Origin: Gnetum montanum
Lineage: Eukaryota > Plantae > Gnetophyta
Reading direction: 5' to 3'
Assembly (NCBI GenBank): GCA_015680685.1
Contig: MNCI01000651.1
Location: 1,603,832-1,667,831, forward strand
Length of the DNA: 64,000 nt
Shown: piece by piece, positions 13,101-26,172 of the stretch
Position numbering within the stretch: the first letter of the stretch is position 1
Layout: each line of letters begins with the position of its first letter
The notes under the pieces: model-generated
What the model was told of the DNA's origin: nothing
Seen by the model: only the letters and a program-made list of their open reading frames with translations
The model's database searches: none
Translations under genes and position numbers: made by a program

Positions 13101-14710
13101 AAGTTGACCAAAAATAAGGATATCTACATATATGCAGGAGCAACATGTACCTCATCAACAATTATCATCTATAGGCCACTAGTGTAGGGGGAGTCTTTTT
13201 ATACTCTTACCAAAAGATAGTCAAGCAACAAGACTTTCCTCTCCAACTCCCTTAGCTTAAAATGAGAAAGGAAGAGCATATTCATCTACTAAATGTTTGT
13301 ACTTCTATGGGATTTTGATATGATGATGGTGGAACTTTATTAAGCATTATTGTTGGTCTCCTTCTTTTTCCCCACCTCTTTTTGGATGCAGTCCAAAAAG
13401 AGGGAGAGTATAGAGGATATGGTAACCTTATATATTTTGTTTATGGAATAACTATCTCATATCTTTATGTTATATACTAATCCATTTTATTAAGTTTTGG
13501 ACATCACCAAAAAGGGGGAGATTGTTGACATTTTGGTATGTTAAAATATGAAGAAAAGTAAACAACAAAGAATGTTTGTGTGGTTGTTGTGTTTGTAGAA
13601 CAAGCATAAGGATAAGGACTAAAGGAGAGCTCAAAGAATGACATCTACAAGAAATGTGAAAGTAAAGACTACAAGGACTCAAGGAAGTATGGATAAGTAC
13701 TAGGTATCTAAGTGAAGACAATAAGCACTCAAGGAAGCATGGATGAGTAAAGCAAACTTCAAGCTAAAATAAGATGCTCTGATGACTGAAAGGAAGCTTT
13801 GGAATCATGCATTTGAATGTAGAGAAGGTGTCTCTCAAAAATAGAAGACTTTTCCTATCAAGTGAAGATTCTTCATGAAGAAGATTTCTTGGTCAAAATG
13901 GAGGACACCCAAAGAAGACATCTTCCAAAAACAAGAGACATCTCCTTTTAGAAGAAGACATCTCCCTAGAGATGTCTCTTTAGAGATGTCTCTCTTGAAT
14001 TGAAGTGTATTGTAGAGATACGTCCCAATCTTGAAGAAGATGTTTTCACTAGCTGTTAGATAGCTATTGCACAAATTTTGAGGTATTGTTGGAAACTCCA
14101 AGGCTATAAGAAGACTTCATTCTCTTGGGAAAGAAGCAAGCACTATTCATATTTAAGCTTCTAATTGTCTATTCTCTAAATTATAATTTATACTTCATTG
14201 AACTATCATTTGCTTGTATTATTACTTGTTGTATTAAAGTGAGCTTCAACTACAAGGACTTTGTAAATTTAGTCACATTTTTCCTTGTGTATTTTTCTTT
14301 TTCTTGTTGCCCTATGGGGTTGATGTGCTTCTTGTGAGAAGGCATCAATATTGAGCTTGTCGAGATCCTACGGGATTGAGTGTTTGTGTAGCGTCAAGAT
14401 ACTCTAGAGTGAATTTGTAAAAGTTGTGGGATCCTAGAAATCACATTCTAAGCTTGTCAAGACTTTCCATGGTTGAGTGGATTAATGGTGATCAATTACT
14501 CTGGAGTAAAGCTTAGAGCTCTTACAGGGTGTGGTATCCTTCAAACTGAATGTTGAGAGAAATTAATTCTGAAGGTATGAAAGTGAACTACCCTCTGAGT
14601 GTGGACTACCTAAGTTGGGAAACCATGTTAAATTTGGTTGTGGTTTTTGTGGCAATTAATATTTGAGCTGGGGAAATTATTCATCCCTCTTCTAAGTTCA
14701 GTGATCCTCA
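10101..14710 (+). mobile_element. Non-autonomous SIRE-like Ty1/copia element (gag remnant only, 5' LTR truncated)
   Basis: 5' LTR remnant 10101-10260 matches the end of the 3' LTR. PBS TGGTATTAGAGCC at 10263 (tRNA-iMet type). Gag with knuckle remnant CWICGGRGY and coiled coil at 10317-11500. No recognisable pol. Several PPT-like tracts (~13186, ~13395, 13509-13522). Confidence 0.8.
13523..14710 (+). repeat. 3' LTR of the SIRE-like element (~1.19 kb)
   Basis: Follows PPT AAAAAGGGGGAGAT, starts TGTTG, ends ATCCTCA, TATA CTATAAG at ~14104. Confidence 0.88.
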
Positions 14711-16244
14711 ATTGGGACTCCTGTATGTGGTAGACCTTCATGCAAATGGAGTAGGATGTGTTCCTTGCTATCCATTCACCAAGATGCTAAAAAAGAACAA
14801 GTTTTTCTTTGGAAACCACCATCATTAGTCCCAGTGAGTAGGAGAAACCTGAAATAGAGACTGAAAGAGTTACTAGAATGGATCTAGGAATTGACATCGG
14901 CATTGCATGTTGTAATGAACCCCTTACAGGGGTCACATGAATTGATGTAAAATATGGTGATCTAAATGGAGAAATGGGAGATGAAGGAGTGGCAGTTTGT
15001 TCAAAATCTACACCTACGGTATTATCTCTATCCATTTTCTAGATGAAGTACCTTCAACCTGTAGATCTACAATACAAAAAGAGAACATCACACAAGTAGA
15101 AGGAAGAAAAAGGCAAGTATTCGAACTTTAAAATTAATTAGATTTGCCTTTGGTTCCTTTCCTTTATCGTTTCTCATATCTTTTTTTTGGTACTTAAAAC
15201 TACTAGGCTAGTAGAACCTTGCCCAACATCTTACCTTTGAAAAAACAAAATTTATTAGAAAAACAAATATGCAAAGTAAAAAAATCAAGTGGGCTATTAT
15301 CTATATATATATATATAGACAAAAAATTTAGAGTTGGTAAGTTTGATTTATGCTTTGGACTAAACCCTTCCAAAGGATGAAGCACCTTGAACATCTTATG
15401 TTTGTGCACCTCCAATTTGTGCACTTTGGATTATTTCATTCTATAGCCTAGATTGCATTATTAATAAATACATGAAGAATAATAAGTAATAATAGAAATA
15501 TAAAATGTATAAACATATAAAAATACCTCACTAGTTCCCTCTTGATTTTGAGTCTATTGCAAAGCCATTTGACCCTTCTTGCCACCCTCGATTTTACTCT
15601 TTACAACTCTATCCTCTTTAAGAAATTTGGGATGTAAACTAGGATTTCAATGACTAAAAAGTTTAGTTGAAGGGTTGTAACTTAGGATTAAATACATGAT
15701 CAAGGGAATGCAACATATGGTATAAGGTTTATTATGATTTTTTTGGATAGCAGCAGCTTCATTCATGACATGGTACAAGGTAGAAAAACAAGACAAGGAA
15801 CGATTATAACTCTACCAATTTTGGCATGATGGAGGAAATAAATGGAATAAGCACTAACATAAGTCTAGTGTTTATGCCATAAGACCTTACTATGAATGAA
15901 TTGACACAAATCAAAGTGAATTTCATTAATCAGATCACCACAAAGGAATTGACTTTTGCTGTTGGTTGTGGTAGGACCTACCATGATGCTGCACAGTAGG
16001 GCTCGTAGGCCTTGTTGTGCAGTGATGTAGTTGGCCACTAACTAGCTCTAATGGCTAACAACCACAACATGCCATTAGGTCATCAAAACCCTTACCGTTG
16101 CCTGGCACTTCATCACCATGCTACTGCCACTATGCTACCTCTGCATAGGTGCTGCTCCCACTACTTCACCTCTACACACGCACCATCATCCATCCACTGC
16201 CCTCTGTACATATCGCTGCCTATGCATGAGCCATTTGTTAGCGC

Positions 16245-16895
16245 CATCCATAAAGGAAATATTTGATGCTCTGTAGGCACTGATAGTGCTACCCATAAAG
16301 GGCACCTTTGATGCTCTAAGAGTATGGATGGTGCTATTCATAAGGGCATCTTTGATGCTCCATGGCATTGATGGTGTCACCCATAAAGGACACCTCCTAC
16401 ACTCTATGGGCATTGATAGAATTCCTCATAAAGGACACCTCCAGCACTTTATGAGCACTAACAACTTTATCCATAAAGGGCACCTCTAGCACTCCATGAG
16501 CATTGATGATGCTGTCCATAAAGGGCACCTCTAGCGGTTTGCATTTATCAATAATTCCATCCATAAAGGACACCTCCAATGCTCCATGGGCACCGATGAC
16601 ACCATCCATAAAGGATAGCTTTGATGCTTCGTGGCCATTAATGATGCTGTCCATAAAGGGCAACTTTGATGCTTCATAGGCACTAACAATGTTGTTCATA
16701 AAGGGTACCTTTGGCGCTCTGCAGGCACCAACAATGCTATCCATAAAGGGCACCTTTGGTGCTTCGTGAGCATCAATGGTGCCATCCATAAAGGACACCT
16801 CTAGTGCTCCATAGGCATTGATAGCATTGCCCATAAAGGCCACTTTTGACACTCCATGGGTGTCAATAGTGCCATCCATAAAGGCTAGCATTGAT
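16245..16895. repeat. Tandem array of a 45-bp unit, about 15 copies
   Basis: CCATAAAGGRCACCT-type cores recur at 16426, 16471, 16516, 16561, 16606, 16651, 16696, 16741, 16786 and so on. The overlapping ORF shows 15-aa periodicity. Confidence 0.95.
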
Positions 16896-17481
16896 ACCCC
16901 TTGGCATTAGAAACCCTTACCACTGACACACACTATTTCTGCTAGTGCTGTGAGCCACAAAAGTCCCACTTGCTTTGCGTAGACCCTTGCATGAGGCACA
17001 CAAGCCCTGCTTGGGATCAAGAAAGTCCTTGGAAATCTATGTTGGCCTTGCACATGCCATGTTGGCCCCTTCGCAGGCTTTGCAAGCCATGCACAAGCTG
17101 CATAAGCCCTCACATGTGCCATGTGGTAGAGAGAGAGAATAAAAAACAACACTAATCTACTTTGCTCTAGGTTGCCTCTTAGACATTAATTTGCACTAGC
17201 TGATGATGATCTTCACCCAATGTCACTGATCTACTCTTGACACCACCACTAGCACATCATTGTAGCCATTGTTGCTAACATCCCTGCCTTGTTGCATGAC
17301 AAAAAAATTCTCCAACAACTAACAAAAGATTCAAAATCTTCATCAACTGACAGAAAATTCAAAATTTCCATCAACTAATGGAAAATTCAAAATTTCCATC
17401 TTTGAATTGTTAGTTTAAACTAAGAATGCAGAAAAGTAATTTAAAAAAATATAATTTTGCGCATTGGCAACATGTGAGATA

Positions 17482-17548
17482 AAAATTTTGTAATTAAGCA
17501 CACTTGTCTTGAAGTGTTACTGGGATGGATGACCTCTTGAGAAGTCTC
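17482..17548 (+). promoter_or_regulatory. 5S rRNA-derived Pol III internal control region (A box-IE-C box), copy 1
   Basis: AATTAAGCACACTTGTCTTGAAGTGTTACTGGGATGGATGACCTCTTGAGAAGTC aligns without gaps to recalled plant 5S AGTTAAGCGTGCTTGGGCGAGAGTAGTACTAGGATGGGTGACCTCCTGGGAAGTC. Confidence 0.78.
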
Positions 17549-17861
17549 AAAAATCATGTAGTTTTTACAAACTTAAAGTAGCCATAATTTTTGATTTTGG
17601 AGTCCATTTTCAACAAAAAAAAATGATTCTAATTGATTTGAACCTTGTAGACATGATGAAATGGTCAAATTTAGCTCTTAGATAATAGAAAATTAGTTTT
17701 AATCCATGATTTAGGATCCCAAAATAAATTAGAATTCCATGGTTGAATAGAAATTCATGATAGTTCTAACCTCCTCTAGTACCAATTAACTATCTTGAGA
17801 TCCATAATGAGGGCCATAGAGGCTAGGGATTGCCAACATGCCTAATTTCTTTAATTTACCA

Positions 17862-20800
17862 ATGTCTAGAACGTGAAGAATACATTGGAGATCAATGTAG
17901 ATCCAAGTCAATGACTAGGTGAATGAACTTAATGATCAAATTAATCAGATCAAGGGTATTCAAGAAGAGCTTCATCAGTCAAATCAAGGGCTCAAGATGG
18001 AGATGCAGAATATGTTCAAAGAAATTAGGAAATTATCCCAAAGTTTAGAATATAAATAGTTAGATGTGCAAGGAAAAATGGATTTCTTTGTAGAATCCAT
18101 CAAGCAATTAATCAACTATCTCACCCAGGCTTAAATTCTCAACCATGTTCTACCAAGGGATCAATGCCAAGATCAGTCCCCACATTATAGAGAATAAAAT
18201 CAAGATGAACTTCCCTCTAGGAATCTACATAGAAACCAACCCCCACATTTTGGACATTAAGATGCTAGTGTTCCTTCATTAGATTAAAAAATAGAAATAA
18301 AAGGTGAGGGATACTAGAATTGTCATAATGCACCCAGAGAGTCACTAACACAAGTTCATATTAAGAAGGTAAAATTAGATCATTATGATGGAGCCCCTAA
18401 ATCAAGTGCCAAGGCAAAAGATTGGCTTAATACAATGAAAAATTACTTTAATATGTTGAATCTGTCAAGCCAAGAATGTTTAGAAGTTATCTCCCTATAC
18501 TTAAGAGGAATTGCAACAACGTGATGGAATGGAATGAGATCTCAAGGTTTGATTACAAATTGGCTCAACTTTTGTTGAGATTTTGAACAAAAATTTGCAC
18601 CAAATTCTTTCCTTAAAGAGCACAAGATGAGATTTGATTCCTTAAGATTGGGATGGCGATCTATAGAAGATTACTACAAGGAATTGTGTGATCTCTCTTG
18701 ATATGTAAGCCATTGAGATAAGGGAGAGTTAGCTTCAAAGTTCATTGGTGGACTACATGCACAATTGTGTCCCAAACATGAGCATATAATCCTTAAATAA
18801 TTGATGAAGCCTATAGAATTGCTAAGGATTATGAAGAATTGAATCAAGTATGAACTATTCTTCGACAAGCAATGGTAGAAGAAACACTAATCAAGAGAGC
18901 TTGATTAGGATCAAGATGTCTTGCTTATGGCAAAGATCTTTTTAAATGAGACTATCCAGAATTGTGAGCAAAGGTACAAATAATCAATTAAAATAGGAAT
19001 TAAAAATCCAACTCAAACATGCATAAAGAAAAAATCAAAACCACCACCACAACTGTGAAGATGATTTCTACATCAAGTTAGGTTTGCAAAAATTTCAATT
19101 TTCTTTATTTATTTTTGAAGGTTCAATTAAAGGTAAAAAAGTAAATTTTTGATTGATAGTGGTGCGGGTGATAACCTTATTTCTCTAAAGTCAATTAAGT
19201 TATTGAAATTAAGTTTATGTTCCAAGGAAATTATTAAGGTAGAACTTATAGATGGAATGATTGTGAGTAAGCATACTAGGTATAGAGAAATCACCTTTAC
19301 TTTGTAAGACATGCCTTTTGTTGATGAATTTTTTGAATTTAAATTAGGTGATGTCAATGCAATATTAGATATATCTTCTACCCACTTTGAAAATCATCTT
19401 TTAAACGTGCCAACCACTAATAGAGTTAGGGTTTTACAGGGGGTACGAATAGCAAAGCAAATTCATACGATAATTATTAAACAAGCCAAGAGATTAGTCA
19501 AGAATGATGCTATGATGTTGATTGTCAAAGTAACTTGACCTTAGAAATCTTTAGGTATTGAGATTCCAAAAGAACTTAAGAAATATAAAGACTTAGTATT
19601 TGGTGAAATGAGTGAGCTACCTCCAAAAAGAAATGTTGAGCATGTTATTGATATTTCTCTTGGTGTACAACTTGTTTCAAAAGCCCCTTATAGATTTTCC
19701 ACTTTTGAATTATGAGAATTAAAAGTTTAATTAGATCAATTGTTGTAAGAAGGAAATATTTGACCTAGCATATCACCTTGGGGTGTATTAGTCTTATTCA
19801 TTAAAAGGAAAGATGATACGTTAAGATTATGCATCAATTATAGGGAATTGAATAAAGTAATGATTAAAAATACTTGTCCCTTGCCTAGGATCGATGACTT
19901 ATTTGAAAAACTTATAGGTAGATGTTATTTTTCAAAGATTGATTTAAAATCAAGTTACAACCAAATAAGGATTATGGAAAAAAAAAAAAAAGACATTGAG
20001 AAAATTGCATTTTGAGCTAGATATGAATTACATGAATTTGTAGTGATGGCATTTAGATTAACTAATACACCTACAATATTCACGGCATTAATGAGTAATA
20101 TCTTTGGTGAATACCTTGATCAATTTGCTATAGTATTTATGGATGATATACTTGTTTGCTCTAAGTCAAGAGAAGAAGATGTTAAACATTTAAAAATTAC
20201 AATGGAAGTCCTTAAAGAACATCTATTGAAAGAAAAATTAAGGAAATGTGAACTCTTTATAGAAGAAGTTTCATACTTAGGCCATATAGTTTCTAAGAAA
20301 GGATTACAAGTGGATCTAGCAAAAGTTAGTGCAATTCAGGATTGGCCATAACTAAAAGATGCCATAGCAGTTTGTAGTTTCTTAGGCTTAATAGGTTTTT
20401 ACCAATGTTTCATTAAAGATTATTCTACTTTGGTAGCCTCCTTGACTAACCTTTTGTAGGAAAAATATGTGTTTAAGTTTGATAAAAAATGTAGGGAAGC
20501 TTTCCTCAAATTAAAGATTCCACTCAGAATAGAACCTATTCTAAGAATTCCAAATGAAGAAATACAATTTGAAGTATCTATGGATGCATGTGGAATAAGA
20601 ATCGATGTAGTTCTTTCTCAAGAAGATGAAGTGGTATATTATGAATCTGGTAAATTGTGAGGAGTTGAGGTAAATTACTCAATCCATGATTTAGAGTTAT
20701 TGGTAATTGTTCATGCTTTGAAAGTTTGAAGATACTATCTTTGTGGAAAAAGATTTGTATTAAAAATACATTAGAAAAGTTTAGAATAATTGTAGAGAAA

Positions 20801-22350
20801 ACCTTTTTTGAATACTCGACAATGACGATGGGTAGAATTATTGGCTAAATATGATTTTGAAATCAAATATATTCCTAGAAAATAGAATGTAGTAGCTAAT
20901 GCCCTTAGTCAGATGTGGAACTTGATGATTAATTTTGTGAAAACTCCCATGGAAGAAGAAATTAAGGAAAAAATAAAAGAAGATCCTTACTTTTAAGAAT
21001 ATTTTAACTAATATTTCTTCTAAGCCTCATTATCAACTTGATCCTAACAGTTTATTGATGAAGAGACAAAGAGTGTGCATTCCAAAAGGAAATTGGAGAT
21101 TGAAGCTATTGTGTGAAGTTTAGGAAGTACCATATGTAGGGCATCTAGGATATATCAAGACTTATATGATGATATAAAATTTCTATTTTTAGCCTAGAAT
21201 GAAGAATGATGTATCCTTGTACATTAAAATCTGCCCAACCTACCAAAGAATAAAAGTTAAATAAAAGAAACCTAGTGGGTTACCATGGCCTTTAAAAGTC
21301 CCAACCTAGAAATGGGAAGACGTTACCATGGACTTCATTGTGGGATTGCCAACAACCAAAAAGGGAAATGATTCGATCTTAGTAGTGGTTGATCATCTAT
21401 CAAAGATGGTACATTTAATAGCTTTGAAATTTGCAACCATAACTGAAGAAGTAGCCTAGAAATTGATATGAGAAGTATTTTGATTACATTAAGTGTCCTA
21501 AATCTATCACTTCAGATTAGGGTCCCAAGTTTATATGTGCATTTTGGCAAACTTTCTTGAAAGAACTTGGAACCCAAATGAAATTTAGCATAACTTACCA
21601 CTTAGAGATAGATGGAGAAATCAAATTTCTAAAAACAATATTAGAATATATTCTATGAAGTTATGTTGGGAGGGAACCAAGGACATGGAAGAATTACTTC
21701 CACTTAGCAGAATTTGCCTATAATAATAATTATCAAGATTCCATACATCGAATGCCATTTACAGTGGTATATAGACATAATTGTCGCACATCACTAACTT
21801 GGGTAGATCCAACCTTAAGAACCAAATGGAAGAAGGAAGAAATGAAGACAATGGAAAATATTGTTACAAGAATTAAATAAAACTTACAACCTACCCAAGA
21901 AAAATATAAAGGATATGTGGACCAACATCGACTTGAGAAGGAATTCCAAGTGGAAGATCAAGTACTATTGAGAGTAAAATCCATTGGAAGTTTCCTTAAA
22001 TTTGAAAAATATACTAAGTTCGTTCTAAGATATTGTGGGCCCTTTGAAATCTTTGAAGGAATTGGTGAAGTAGCATATGGATTAAATACTCTGTCAAACT
22101 TAAGAATTCACCCAATTTTCCATGTAAGTTTGCTGAAGAAATTTTATGAAAATGATGTGCAATACATGCTAGATTGGAATACTTTGCCCTTGAGATCCAA
22201 TGCCAAGTTTGAGGTCAAACCAATTACAATTAATAATCACTAAACCAAGAAGCTTCAAAATAAAACTATCAATGAAGTACTTGTTCAATGGTCAAATTAT
22301 GATCAACAAACTTGGGAAAACAAGAAGTTCATTCTTAACACTTACCCCCA
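17862..22350 (+). pseudogene. gag-pol: gag-pol with C-terminal chromodomain, degenerate
   Basis: Gag AKDWLNTMKNYF; protease FLIDSGAGDNLIS (~19145); RT IVFMDDILV (20043-20351); [13 protein letters not shown] and RYCGPFEI..HPIFHVSLLKK; chromodomain-like KLQNKTINEVLVQWSNYDQQTWE (~22250-22320). Confidence 0.92.
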
Positions 22351-22564
22351 AATTTTTGATCATCATGATATTGAATGATAAATTGTATTTATTATTAAGG
22401 TAATAAATTATATTTTATAATTCTAGTCTTTTGTTTGTACAGATGATAAGGAGGATAATAATTAAGTTGAAGGTAAGGAGCTTAATTGAGGAAGTAGCAA
22501 CAACTGAGTAGTTGGATATAGAGGAAGCGCTCAAGGATGAGCTAGATGCTTAAAGGGGGTAGAT

Positions 22565-23058
22565 TGTGATGTCCCATCCCTTGTTAAGGGTGGAAATGTA
22601 TTATAAATAATATAAGAAACCTTCAAATGTAGGGGTGCCTCATTATGATGAGTTATGATTATATATGTACCCTACAGGAGTGGGTTTGACCTATTCCATT
22701 TAATGTCAGGTTTAGAGGTTGTGCTAATTATGGAGTTGCAAAGCCTAGAATGGTAAGTGATGGGAGCCAGGTGAATCAGGATCAGAAGGGATTGATCACC
22801 CCTTTGGCTGGATAGCCTAACCATGGTGGTAGTGTTGGATTGCCTCTAAGACTTAAGTGGCATGGGAAGATAACCCAGAGGGTGTTATAGTATACCACTC
22901 TAATTAATAAAATTTATCTATATTTTTCCTTCTCATTAGGTGTACTAGTTATTCATTTATCAAGTATTTTATGATATTTCCATTATAATGCTTACAAATG
23001 TGATGAATTAAATGATGAATGATCTTGTTTTTATGACATATGGAAATGGGATGTCACA
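22565..23058 (+). repeat. 3' LTR of the chromovirus (494 bp)
   Basis: TGTGATGTCCCAT..ATGGGATGTCACA terminal inverted repeats directly after the PPT. Shares blocks with the LTRs at 29628 and 34675. Confidence 0.9.
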
Positions 23059-25263
23059 CTTTGACTATCTTAAGCAAGTGCTAAAATGTTTTTTGGAGAT
23101 AAACTTAAGGCTCAATTAGTAGAAGAGCCATCTAATGGTTGAAGAAGGCATAGTCTTGGGGCACTGAACCTTAGAAGAAGGGATCGAGATTGACCTAGAG
23201 AAAGTATGGGTCATCCAAGGAATCACAAGATAACCTGAAATGTTTAAAGACATGAGGTCATTCCTTGGACACATTGGTTACTATAGGTGATTCATTAATA
23301 ACTTCTTCAAAATTGCCAAGCCATTCATAGAATTAACCAAGAAGGATGCACACTTTGATTAGTTTAAGAAATGTGAGCATGAATTCTAATAATTAAAGTA
23401 AAAGCTCATAGAAACTCCTATTCTACATGCTCCAGATTGGTCTAGATCTTTCCACATTATGGTAGAAGCATCCAATTATGCATTGGAAGTAGTGCTCACA
23501 TAATTGGATGATAAAAAATGTCCATACTATATCCATTATATGAGTAGAAGCATTGCTAGTACAGGGGTAAATTATACCACCACTAAGAAGGAGCTCCTGG
23601 CATTGGTGTACTCCTTGGAAAAATTCAGGCACTATGTGCTTGGATATAAAATATTTGCGCACATGGATTACAATGCTATCCATTTCCTGATGAACAAGCT
23701 AGTAGTGAGTCCTTATTTCATTTGGTAACTAGTGATTTTGCAGGAGTTTCATCTTATAATGATGGATAGAAAGAAAACTAAGAATGTATTTGTTGATTAC
23801 TTGTCTTGGTTGTGCTAGGATAGCAAAAAGGATGAGGAGCATGTATCTGATCAATTCTATGATGAACTTCTCTTTGCAAAATCTCTTGAAGTTCAAAATT
23901 TTATGGGTACCAACTGGTACAATGATTTCCTCTCTTAGCTTCTCACTTAGGAGACTCCACAAAAATGGGCTAATAAGAAGAAATAATAGTTTCTTGACCA
24001 AGCCAAACACTACATAGAAATCTAGGGCAATCTTTACAAGGTTTGTGTTGATGGGTTGGTGTGATGGTATGTACTTGATGCTAATCAACTATGAATCCTC
24101 TAGGATGCTGATGAAGATGCTTGTGGGAGCCATTATGCAAGCAAGAGGACTATTATGAAGATCCTCATGGTAGGGCACTTTTGGCCCATCATTTTCAAGG
24201 ATGCCTATTATTTTTCTCATTCATGTGAATGTTGCCAATGAGATAGAGGAATGAAAGCTCGAATGGAAGGGTCTCAATAGTGGATTTAATCACTAAAGCC
24301 CTTGGACATATGGGGCATTAACTTCATGAGATCGATCACACCCATGTTCAATGGAAGGCATACATCACTGTAGTTGTCAACTACTGCATTAATTAGGCCA
24401 AAGCTATAGCCATCACCAATTTTTCATCTTCCACTACATCATAAGTGATCTAGATAAATGTGATAAATAGGTTTGGTGTGTCAAGAACACTTATTTATGA
24501 TAATGGAACTATTTTATAGGGGCTATTTTTTTAAAAACTAATGTAATGCTTGGAGGTTCAACATAAATTCACAACCCCCTATTATCACCAAGCCAATAGT
24601 GAAGTTGAATTTACCAATAGGAAGATAATCCAAATACTAACATGTATAATTAGTAAGCATAGGAAGGATTGGAGCACGAAACTCAATGAATATCTATGGA
24701 TTTATTGATCTACATGGAAACTTCCTATAGGGTACTCTCCTTCTAAGTTGGTGTATGGGAAGTTACATATACTTCCAATCTAAGCTGAGCTTCATACACT
24801 TTTAACTAGTTCTGAGCTTGACCTTGATCTCAATCTAGCACAATGAAAGCACCTCATGACATTAAATATGTTAGATGAAAATTGATAAGTATCCTTAACT
24901 ATGAATTAAGTGCACAAGGCACATGCTAAACAATATCATGATGCATGAATAAGAAGAGTTAAGTTTCAACCTAGCAATAAGGTCTTCTATTAGAATTCAA
25001 TGCATGAATCCCAACACACTAAATTCCAAATATTGTGGAAAGGACTTTACATAATTCATCCAAGTTTTCCTTTAGGTGCCATGACCATTTACCACCCATC
25101 AAGCTTAGAGAAACAACTGCTAGTAAACATCCAACAAGTGAAGCCTTTCATAGAACCTCAAATAACTAGTGGTGCTTACACCTCAACACCTACGTAAGCA
25201 CCCTCTATTTTTTGGATCTCTCTCTTTCAACTTAGTTTTGGGGGAGATGACCATCCATGCTAA
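23059..25263 (+). pseudogene. pol: Partial pol (RT end, RH, INT) of element B
   Basis: ORF fragments 23504-23728 and 25000-25197 (KQLLVNIQQVKPF) are homologous to pol of elements A and C. Confidence 0.9.
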
Positions 25264-26172
25264 CACCTTATGAAGACTAATCCATTTTTCACCTTTTTCT
25301 TTTGCAGAATTCCTCATATGTTTTCATTTTCTTGACTATTTTATCAATTATTTTATATACTTTTAATTTTATCTATCTTATTAGTATTTTATCTTAACTT
25401 TAGAAAATCTTTAATTTTTCTAATATTTTTGTTAATACTAGGAGTTAAAGAATGTAGCTATTAATGTAATGATTGATTTGCTAAATGGACAAATTTTTTG
25501 TCTTTGGATTATGGCCTCTATTTACAAATTGTTAGTTTTCTAATGGTAGCAGGTAGTGGGACCATGACATCTATCTATTCCATCTATTCTATAGAAGTTA
25601 TGCATCTTGGAAGCATGAGGTCATTCTAATTAAAATTGAAAATAACCAATGATCTCGCTACTTAACAAACTCAGAATAGATTAAGAAGGTATGAGAAATG
25701 TGTGACTTCAAGGGGACTTGTCTTATTTTGTTTACAACTTCTTTCTCAAGTTTAATGATTCTTCTCCATTAGTATATCACTACTCCTACTATTGACCATT
25801 AAAGGAAGCATGTATTTGCATGGTTTTTGAATGTCATGCTACTAGAGGTGAGCTCAACATCATGGGGAATCCAAACGTTTAGTTTCTTGTAGAAGATTTT
25901 TCTATCTCCCCATGGTTAACCTATTTAAATAATAATTAAGATCATAATTAAAATTAACTACCATAAAGGGCTAATACCATTACATAAAATTTAATAGATA
26001 ACAAATAAAATATTATTAAAATAATATAACTTGCCAAGATCACAAACAAAGCATTAAAGTAATCAACTCTTAACACCTAAGATATAACATAACCTAGTCT
26101 AATGAGAAAGATATTAAAATAACTAAGGATTATAAAGTAAAGGCTAATCATGGGCTATGTTTTTTATCATAG

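Larger units (their letters stand above)
908..15900 (-). mobile_element. Athila-like Ty3/gypsy retrotransposon A, decayed and interrupted by a solo LTR and a SIRE-like element; upstream boundary approximate
   Basis: On the minus strand the order is gag (15035-14711, 10100-9100), PR, RT, RH, INT, a long non-coding spacer, then an env-like ORF. Confidence 0.8.
15960..23058 (+). mobile_element. Chromovirus-type (Tekay-like) Ty3/gypsy element; 5' LTR missing, left boundary approximate
   Basis: GC-rich leader with tandem array and 5S-like segment, then gag-PR-RT-RH-INT-chromodomain, PPT AAAGGGGGTAGAT and 3' LTR. Confidence 0.85.

Noticed and set aside
16397-16891. 164-aa ORF with 15-aa repeats as a real repeat protein
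   Set aside because: It is a by-product of a 45-bp (multiple of 3) DNA array, confined to the array and antisense to the element, with no matching long ORF in the sister array.
16245-16895. CRISPR-like array
   Set aside because: Inter-core sequences are homologous to each other rather than unique spacers, there are no cas genes, and the context is plant retroelement.
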